A stretch of 64,000 nt of DNA, taken from an uncultured Micavibrio sp. (GTDB taxonomy: Bacteria; Pseudomonadota; Alphaproteobacteria; Micavibrionales; Micavibrionaceae). Shown here in pieces: positions 57,271-64,000 of this stretch (position 1 is its first letter; every line of letters begins with the position of its first letter). Location of the stretch: assembly GCA_965216405.1 (NCBI GenBank), contig OZ244161.1, positions 376,917 through 440,916 of the forward strand, read 5' to 3'. Made by a program: the position numbers and the translations under genes. The notes below the pieces were generated by a model. It saw only the letters and a list, made by a program, of their open reading frames with translations, had not been told where the DNA came from and made no database searches.

Positions 57271-58059
57271 TTATTTTAGACCTGGTAACGGCTGCGTTTT
57301 CAGACCCATATATGCCCCCATATAATATAAATCTTCCCTGCCGCTATCGGTTTTTAAGTAACGGGCCTCAGGAAATGTCAGCGCATCCAGACCAAATCCC
57401 GCCTGATTCTCAAACCATTTTCTTAAATCTTCGCCCAAATGCTTTGCCAATGCGTCGACCTGCTCCGCTTTCGGGGAAAGATTGAAACTGTTCCCACTGG
57501 GCGCAGCCAGCGCAAATGTCATCGCAAAAGTTGCTCCACCTCTTTCAATATGACTTCTTAAACCTGCTAGAGTCGATCCGGTTTCGGCCACATCATCAAT
57601 AGCGATATAAAAAGCATCCTTTTTAACCTTGCCTGAAAAAGCCGGGGTTTGGAAAATACGGTCCAGTTTGTTCTTATCACATGATTTGGTGCCTGCTTCC
57701 TGTTGAATATTGGTCACAAGTTCCAGACCAAATTCCCGCGACAACTCTCGTGCCATCGTAATAGCCAGTTTGTTGTTACTAGCTTTTTTGGAAGGCACCA
57801 CTAAGACGGGATTGGTTACACCGCGCTCTTTAAGAATATTCAGGGCCATGCCAATACGGGCCTTATAAGCATCATCAAGACAATCCTTGACGACTTTCTG
57901 TGCAGCCTGCACATCACCGTTATTTTTAGCATAACAATAAGATGGGTGGTCCGTGAGTCCTGCTCCCTCACCTTGTCTCCAATTCGCTTTTGTTGCCGTA
58001 GCGGCAAAAACAGGATAAATGCGGCCTTCCCGCCACGCTATTCTTTTAGAAACACTCAT
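57271..58059 (-). CDS. phosphoribosyltransferase (type I PRT)-motif protein of unknown function
   Basis: DAFYIAIDDVAETGSTLAGL matches the PRPP-binding loop pattern (hydrophobic-x-hydrophobic-DD-hydrophobic-x-T/S-G-x-T). The N- and C-terminal regions are not recognisable. Confidence 0.6.
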   Translation of the reverse strand: MSVSKRIAWREGRIYPVFAATATKANWRQGEGAGLTDHPSYCYAKNNGDVQAAQKVVKDCLDDAYKARIGMALNILKERGVTNPVLVVPSKKASNNKLAITMARELSREFGLELVTNIQQEAGTKSCDKNKLDRIFQTPAFSGKVKKDAFYIAIDDVAETGSTLAGLRSHIERGGATFAMTFALAAPSGNSFNLSPKAEQVDALAKHLGEDLRKWFENQAGFGLDALTFPEARYLKTDSGREDLYYMGAYMGLKTQPLPGLK

Positions 58060-58251
58060 AACACACCCAGAAACTACATATTATTAAAATGAAGCAGCAC
58101 TATAACCCATTTTTAATGTAATTTCATTACTTTTTTGCAAAAATATCCTCAAAAAGGATTTTTTTAACAATCTGGTTTTGAGTGTGCTGATTATAATGCA
58201 CAATCACTTTCAAGAATGTTCTATAGGAAAAATAAGCTAAAAGAGTAAATA

Positions 58252-58328
58252 TGGTGGGCCCGGAGGGATTTGAACCCCCGACCAATCCGTTATGAGCGGA
58301 CTGCTCTAACCAACTGAGCTACAGGCCC
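58252..58328 (-). tRNA. elongator-type tRNA with CAT anticodon (Met by naive decoding; possibly tRNA-Ile2), CCA encoded
   Basis: Reverse complement GGGCCTGTAGCTCAGTTGGTTAGAGCAGTCCGCTCATAACGGATTGGTCGGGGGTTCAAATCCCTCCGGGCCCACCA. Anticodon loop CTCATAA. It lacks the initiator features (no 1:72 mismatch, no GGG/CCC anticodon stem). Confidence 0.9.
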
Positions 58329-58375
58329 TAACCATCCCTCTTCTTGCCAAAAAAGGAAGGGAAAGTCTATTAATT

Positions 58376-59593
58376 TCAAGCAATTCGCTGCTGTTTATCC
58401 TGATTAATCGATAAACTCAGCCAACCGCAGATGACAAACGCTAGACCCAGCCACCAGCTTTGCCAAATTCCGTAAGAAAAGCAGCTGACAAATAAAAAGC
58501 TCATTAGCATCGTCAAAGCAGTATGGCGGTGATTTCCTGACAAATTTATGTATAAAAAACGCAGGAACATGCCTAGTCCCGTGAGAAAAACAAGAATGCC
58601 GCAAAGCCCGAATTCAATCCATAGCTGCAAAATAAAATTATGCGGATGCAAGACGGTTGTGACATTGGTGTAACGCTGTTGAGAGTCAAAATCTTTGAAA
58701 TTTTTTGTAAATTCCAGCCCGTGCCCCCAGATCGGGTTCTCATATATTTTGCGGCTAACATAGTCCCAGATTTCAAACCGTGGGCCGACATATCCTTGCC
58801 GAAAGAAAGTGACGTCATTAACAAACGCAGGCAAATTGTTGAATAGGTAAGGCACCACAAACGGCGCGGATAAAGCCGCAATGACAATGCCTCCATACAG
58901 GACAACCCAACCCATTTTAGAGGTGGTGGGCCATAAAAAATAAAAAGCCAGCACGACCCCAAAAATCAATTGAGCGGATTGGCTCTCCCCCAGAAAAAGC
59001 ATAATTACAATCGCAGTAAAGGCAGCATAAACGGAAATTTGTTTTTTATTATTGAGTAAAAAGCCCGCTAATGCCGCTAAAAAAGTAATGCTCAAAGAAC
59101 CACGGTTGTAAACGGCCGTCGACACATGCTCTTGCGGCCCCAGTTGCCTGATAAAACGGTATAACACCTCCCCGGAAAGGATTTCAAAGGAAGTTAACAC
59201 TGCTCCAAGCGCACAAAACCACAGCATAAGGTGGAGATATTTTTCCTGTATAGGCGGCAACATTTTCAAAGAAGCCAAAAACAGGATACCGCAAGTAACA
59301 ATAATGGATAGTTTCGTTAAGCGTTCATAGGCGTCATCATGATATTGTGCCAGACAAAAACTATGCAGGAACATCAACACCAGACAAATGGCAAAAAAAA
59401 CGGCTGGCTTTGTAAAAGAGCGTAATGGTTCTGCACGCGTCTTTAAAAAGGCAGGCAAGGCAAATAAAAGAGTAATTAATGGCAAAAAGGCCAATACCCT
59501 TGGAAATTCAACAGCCAACAGCGGTGCAAAGCACAAGGGAAGCACCATCCCTAGAAGAATTATTTTTCCTGAAAGGTTAACGCGGTCTTGCAT
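58376..59593 (-). CDS. O-antigen ligase (Wzy_C)-family polytopic membrane protein
   Basis: 405 aa with about 10-12 TM segments and a larger loop (RQGYVGPRFEIWDYV...GHGL) in the position typical of WaaL/O-antigen-ligase-like proteins. Starts 14 nt after the rpoD stop. Confidence 0.65.
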   Translation of the reverse strand: MQDRVNLSGKIILLGMVLPLCFAPLLAVEFPRVLAFLPLITLLFALPAFLKTRAEPLRSFTKPAVFFAICLVLMFLHSFCLAQYHDDAYERLTKLSIIVTCGILFLASLKMLPPIQEKYLHLMLWFCALGAVLTSFEILSGEVLYRFIRQLGPQEHVSTAVYNRGSLSITFLAALAGFLLNNKKQISVYAAFTAIVIMLFLGESQSAQLIFGVVLAFYFLWPTTSKMGWVVLYGGIVIAALSAPFVVPYLFNNLPAFVNDVTFFRQGYVGPRFEIWDYVSRKIYENPIWGHGLEFTKNFKDFDSQQRYTNVTTVLHPHNFILQLWIEFGLCGILVFLTGLGMFLRFLYINLSGNHRHTALTMLMSFLFVSCFSYGIWQSWWLGLAFVICGWLSLSINQDKQQRIA

Positions 59594-59607
59594 TGCATTG
59601 GCAACGA

Positions 59608-61950
59608 TTAAGTATCAAGGAAGCTACGCAATTTTCTGGAGCGGCTTGGATGTTTTAGTTTGCGCAAAGCTTTTGCTTCAATCTGGCGGATACGCTCACG
59701 CGTAACGTTAAACTGCTGTCCCACCTCTTCCAATGTATGGTCGGTATTCATCCCAATACCAAAACGCATCCGCAACACACGTTCTTCACGGGGCGTCAAC
59801 GAGGCCAACACACGTGTCGTTGTTTCGCGTAAATTAGAATGGATGGCACTTTCCACCGGTAAAATAGCATTCACATCTTCAATAAAATCTCCCAAAGAAG
59901 AATCTTCTTCATCACCAATCGGTGTTTCAAGGGAGACTGGCTCCTTGGCGATTTTCAAGACCTTCCGGACTTTATCCAGCGGCATATGAAGACGTTCGGC
60001 CAGTTCTTCGGGTGTCGGCTCACGCCCGATCTCATGCATCATCTGGCGGCTTGTCCGTACCAGTTTGTTGATCGTTTCAATCATATGAACAGGAATACGG
60101 ATAGTTCTAGCCTGATCCGCGATAGAACGCGTAATCGCCTGTCTGATCCACCATGTCGCATAAGTTGAAAACTTGTACCCGCGGCGGTATTCGAACTTAT
60201 CAACCGCCTTCATCAAACCAATATTTCCTTCTTGGATAAGGTCAAGGAATTGCAAACCACGGTTCGTATATTTCTTGGCGATTGAAATAACCAAACGCAG
60301 ATTGGCTTCCACCATTTCTTTTTTCGCCCGCGCCGCTTCTTTTTCACCGCGCTGAACAGTGGAAACAATGCGGCGGAATTCTTTGATAGGCAATGCAGAA
60401 TCTTCTGTAACCAGCGCAACCTGCTCCCTGATCTCGTTGATTTTGTCTTCGTTGCGGGTTGCAAATTTTTCCCACTTGGCGTCAATTTTCTTCACACGGT
60501 CAAGCCATTTTGGATCCTGCTCCGATCCATAATAATTCTCAAGGAATGACTCCCGCTTCACTTTACAATCTACCGCCATACGAAGAAGTTTTCCTTCAAG
60601 CGAAACAAGTTCACGGTTAATCTTATAAAGGGCTTCAACCAATTGTTCGATACGCGCGTTGTGAAGTTTGACTTCGTCCATCAACTTCACCATTTCGCCT
60701 TTTAGCTTATCGTATTTTTTATTCGTCGCGGCATCGGGTTCTTTTCCTTTTTGGATCGCATCGATACGATCCGCCTGCACCTTTTTAATTTTGTTATAGG
60801 TTTTCTTGATCTTACCAAAAACTTCAAAAACAACAGGCTTTAATTCTTCTTCCATCGCGGCAAGAGAAACGTTCTCTTCGTCCGCATCATCGCCGCCGCT
60901 TTCACCATCGCCTGACTCATCATCTGAAGAAGTTTCCTCATCATCTTCTTCTTCGTCATCATCGTCTTTAGCCGCTGGTTTTGGGCGGGAGTTATCTTCT
61001 TCAGGTCCATCGCTATAGGTTGCATCCAGGTCGATAACCTCACGCAATAAAATGTCGCCTTTTTGCAAGGCCTCATACCAGGCAATCAATGATTCAATCG
61101 CAAGCGGACTTTCACAAATCCCGCCAATCATCATTTCACGTCCGGCTTCAATCCTTTTCGCAATAGCAATCTCACCTTCACGGGAAAGCAATTCTACTGT
61201 TCCCATTTCACGCAAATACATGCGCACAGGATCATCAGTCCGTCCGGTATCGTCAGAGCTGATGTTACCGCCTGACTCGTAACCGCTCTCATCATCGTCA
61301 TCGGAATCATCGCCTTCAGACATCTGAATTCCAACATCGGATAATGTCGACATCGCATCTTCAATCTGTTCGGAAGTAAATTCTTCGGCAGGCAAGGCCT
61401 TATTTAACTGATCGTAGGTAATATAACCTTTTTCCTTACCCTGCTTGACCAGCTTTTTAACAATCTGTGCCAAGGTTCCTTTAACGGTGCGTTTTGTCTG
61501 GCCTTCTTCTTCAGAAGATTCTTCATCATCATCTTCCTTGCCATTTTTATTTGCAGCCGTTTTTTTCGCCGCTATTTTCTTGGGCGTAGTCTTGGGAGAT
61601 TTTTTCTCTTCAATCTTTTTTTCTTTGGTTGTTGTTTTGGTCACGGTTTTTTTCGCTGCCTTTGTTGTCTTTTGTGCTGCCGTCTTGGTCGTTTTCTTTG
61701 CGGCTGTCTTCTTTACAGGAGTCGCTTTCTTATTGGAAGGTGTTTTTTGTGAAGTCTTTTTTGTCGACGTTTTCGCTGCTGTTTTTTTTGTCGATGTCTT
61801 TTTCGCCGACGCTTTCTTTTCAGGAGTCTTCTTTGCCGGTGCTTTTTTGGTCACGCTTTTTTTTGCTTTGGTTTTTGCAGCACTTTGCTTTGCGGACGTC
61901 TTTTTTGACGCCGCACTTTTCTTTGATGCTGTTTTTTTTGTCGATGCCAA
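59608..61950 (-). CDS. rpoD: RNA polymerase sigma factor RpoD with a roughly 135 aa Lys/Thr/Ala-rich N-terminal extension
   Basis: Regions 2-4 are present ([52 protein letters not shown]) along with acidic region 1.1/NCR inserts. Total length 780 aa. Confidence 0.96.
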   Translation of the reverse strand: MASTKKTASKKSAASKKTSAKQSAAKTKAKKSVTKKAPAKKTPEKKASAKKTSTKKTAAKTSTKKTSQKTPSNKKATPVKKTAAKKTTKTAAQKTTKAAKKTVTKTTTKEKKIEEKKSPKTTPKKIAAKKTAANKNGKEDDDEESSEEEGQTKRTVKGTLAQIVKKLVKQGKEKGYITYDQLNKALPAEEFTSEQIEDAMSTLSDVGIQMSEGDDSDDDDESGYESGGNISSDDTGRTDDPVRMYLREMGTVELLSREGEIAIAKRIEAGREMMIGGICESPLAIESLIAWYEALQKGDILLREVIDLDATYSDGPEEDNSRPKPAAKDDDDEEEDDEETSSDDESGDGESGGDDADEENVSLAAMEEELKPVVFEVFGKIKKTYNKIKKVQADRIDAIQKGKEPDAATNKKYDKLKGEMVKLMDEVKLHNARIEQLVEALYKINRELVSLEGKLLRMAVDCKVKRESFLENYYGSEQDPKWLDRVKKIDAKWEKFATRNEDKINEIREQVALVTEDSALPIKEFRRIVSTVQRGEKEAARAKKEMVEANLRLVISIAKKYTNRGLQFLDLIQEGNIGLMKAVDKFEYRRGYKFSTYATWWIRQAITRSIADQARTIRIPVHMIETINKLVRTSRQMMHEIGREPTPEELAERLHMPLDKVRKVLKIAKEPVSLETPIGDEEDSSLGDFIEDVNAILPVESAIHSNLRETTTRVLASLTPREERVLRMRFGIGMNTDHTLEEVGQQFNVTRERIRQIEAKALRKLKHPSRSRKLRSFLDT

Positions 61951-62112
61951 AGCTTACTTACCGCCCACCAATTTTATTGCGTTTTTTTAAAGACCAAACC
62001 TGCAAACATACCTATAAACAAAATCAGGCGTCTTAACGCCCAAATGTTTATATATGATTCGTTCTTCTTCGTATAACGCCTTTATATATAAGCAAAATTC
62101 GTTTTTAAACCC

Positions 62113-63924
62113 CTATTCTGCGCCTTTTGCCATATTTTTTTGCTGCTCATGCGTTTCGATGCGTTTTTGCATCGCATCATACATGCCACGCCATCCTTCA
62201 CAGACTTCTTCATATTCGGCCTGCGGACGGGCAAAACGGGCCAGCGCATACAGATTATCAGACAAAAGAGCGCGTAATTCACTCTCAAATCCTGTTTTTT
62301 GCAGCTCACTAAGCAAATCTGCCCGTGAAATTTCGTGATTTTCGCTTATAATTGCGATATACGCCTGCCTTAAGGCATCAATACGCGGCTCCTTTACACT
62401 TAAAAAGCCAATTTCTTCTTCAAAAACGTCAAAAATCGCCGGATGATTGATCGCTGCAGCCATTAATTTATTGGCTTCTCCTGTAAACTGGGGCCGTTTG
62501 ATAGATACAATGCCTTGATTTTGTCCGGAATTAGCAAAGCTTTTGCCATACCCTCTTTTGTTGTAATTGCCGTTATTGTAATTACCGCGCCTTTGTGGAT
62601 AACTCTGTGTGTAACTCTGGGAAAAGGCCTTATTAATCTTTTCCCGAAAAGCCTGCTTGTAATAATGCTGCACCTCCCGCTCAGGTATCTTCAAGGCTTC
62701 CTGTTCCAGCGTTTTGGACAACCCCGCCCGTGCCTCCGGCGTATCGAACTTATGGCCTGCCGTATGATAAACCCATATAAATTCTACCAACGGCATTGCG
62801 GCCTCGATAATTCCTTCTAGTGCCTTTGATCCTGCACTATTCACCAGAGAGTCAGGATCCTGCCCATCAGGCAAAAACGCAAAACGCGCAGAATGATGCG
62901 CCTTTAACATCGGTAGTAATTTATCACATGCGCGTGCCGCAGCCCGGCGGCCAGCAGCATCACCATCAAAACACAAGACCGGAACCTTGCTGTCCTGTGG
63001 AATCATCCGCCATAGCACCATGATCTGCTCTTCGGTCAGGGCCGTGCCCATCGGCGCCATTGCTCCATCGAACCCCGCCTTGGCGCAGGCAATCACATCT
63101 ACATAACCTTCCACGACTATTAATGGCTGCCCCTCCAGCGCCGCTTGCCGTGCCCGCGGCTCCCCGTAAAGCATTCCGCCTTTATGAAACAGCGGCGTGT
63201 CGCTGGAATTCATATATTTGGCAGGCACGTAATCCCCTGTTTCAGGTGGCCGTAAATGATCGGGTAGTATCCGCCCGCCAAAGGCCACCACACGTCCACG
63301 GCGGTCCGGCACGGGAAACATAATCCTTTCCCGGAAGAAGGCATAAGGCTCCCGCCCGCTCTTACCGGGGCGTAAAACACCGGCCTCTATCATCTGTTTA
63401 TCCGTATATCCCTTGGCCTGTAACACCTTACGCAAGGCCTGCCTGTCTCCGGGCGCATAACCGACCCTGAACTTGCTTAGCTGTTCATCGGTATTCCCGC
63501 GCTCTGTTATATAACGATAAGCTTCTTTATTGGATGGATCGCGCAATTGTGCCTCCATCCAGCGCGTTGCCTCTTCCATGAGGGAATAAAGGTCTTTTTC
63601 CTCTTTGGCTTTTTTGATGTCCTGCGGTGATTGCTGGGGCACCTGCATCCCCGCTTCGCTCGCCAGTGCTTCAATGGCCTCGATAAAGGACAGATTATCA
63701 TGCTGCATTGCAAAACCAATGGCATCGCCATGCGCCCCACAACCAAAACAATGATAAAACTGCTTATCATCGTTCACATAGAATGACGCCGTTTTTTCAT
63801 TGTGAAACGGGCAGCAGCCTTTGAATTCGCGCCCCGCCCGCGTTAAATTGACCTTTCGGCCAATAATATCCGATAAGGTCAGCCGCCCACGCAGCTCCTC
63901 CATAAATCGCGGTGGAATCGTCAT
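62113..63924 (-). CDS. dnaG: DNA primase
   Basis: Zinc-finger CCPFHNEKTASFYVNDDKQFYHCFGCGAHGD and a Toprim region (VVEGYVDVI ... CFDGDAAG). Confidence 0.95.
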   Translation of the reverse strand: MTIPPRFMEELRGRLTLSDIIGRKVNLTRAGREFKGCCPFHNEKTASFYVNDDKQFYHCFGCGAHGDAIGFAMQHDNLSFIEAIEALASEAGMQVPQQSPQDIKKAKEEKDLYSLMEEATRWMEAQLRDPSNKEAYRYITERGNTDEQLSKFRVGYAPGDRQALRKVLQAKGYTDKQMIEAGVLRPGKSGREPYAFFRERIMFPVPDRRGRVVAFGGRILPDHLRPPETGDYVPAKYMNSSDTPLFHKGGMLYGEPRARQAALEGQPLIVVEGYVDVIACAKAGFDGAMAPMGTALTEEQIMVLWRMIPQDSKVPVLCFDGDAAGRRAAARACDKLLPMLKAHHSARFAFLPDGQDPDSLVNSAGSKALEGIIEAAMPLVEFIWVYHTAGHKFDTPEARAGLSKTLEQEALKIPEREVQHYYKQAFREKINKAFSQSYTQSYPQRRGNYNNGNYNKRGYGKSFANSGQNQGIVSIKRPQFTGEANKLMAAAINHPAIFDVFEEEIGFLSVKEPRIDALRQAYIAIISENHEISRADLLSELQKTGFESELRALLSDNLYALARFARPQAEYEEVCEGWRGMYDAMQKRIETHEQQKNMAKGAE

Positions 63925-64000
63925 ATATTATGTTTAGCACAGGATTTCGCTGTGACGAGAGGTTTTTAGCTTGCCAGTCTCTTTTTCACTGCGCCGCCGG

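Noticed and set aside
59573-59582. A third copy of GTTAACCTTT (minus-strand reading) near the start of the O-antigen ligase gene
   Set aside because: It lies inside coding sequence (encoding ..RVNLSG..). It lacks the TTT prefix and the downstream TGATA/TGGGTA/TATAAA blocks, so it is most likely a chance 10-mer.
61445-62036. Plus-strand ORFs 61445-61990 and 61629-62036 (Phe/Val/Leu-rich, 181 and 135 aa)
   Set aside because: They lie antisense to the Lys/Thr/Ala-rich low-complexity N-terminal region of rpoD. AAG/AAA-rich coding DNA read backwards gives stop-free Phe/Leu-rich frames.
63966-64000. Possible 3' end of a minus-strand gene upstream of dnaG (..GGAVKKRLAS-stop), perhaps GatB/YqeY-like
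   Set aside because: Only 11 codons fall inside the window, which is far too little to support a call.

Overview
This window reads as a chromosomal segment of an alphaproteobacterium; the genus cannot be assigned from sequence alone. The class call rests on the conserved backbone dapF / ffh-rpsP-rimM-trmD-rplS / leuC-leuD-leuB, plus olsB-olsA, DUF3126, waaA-lpxK-lpxL, gor, class II DAHP synthase, nadE, gltX, rpsD and dnaG-rpoD. Coding density is high. I found two tRNAs and no rRNA, CRISPR array, transposase or integrase. Four things stand out. (1) A 16.5 kb, single-strand type IVa pilus locus (17675-34234) encodes a pilin, a membrane-bound AraC regulator, a lipoprotein secretin, PilT, PilU, PilB, PilC and PilM/N-, PilO- and PilP-like proteins. 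It also carries a split ABC transporter and a prepilin-peptidase gene that lacks the peptidase domain. Its PilB carries a tandem MshEN-type c-di-GMP-binding motif, and its transcription units share upstream DNA motifs. (2) A five-gene block of exported Cys-rich proteins (39390-43367) is built from two duplicated gene families around an M23-like protein with a (Pro-Gly)24 hexanucleotide repeat. I could not assign a function, and it is my best candidate for an undescribed system. (3) The ribosomal and leucine operons are interleaved with lineage-specific genes, mostly exported and mostly on the opposite strand. (4) S16, L19, Ffh and RpoD carry long low-complexity charged extensions. All calls come from reading the translations and DNA by eye; no database search was possible.
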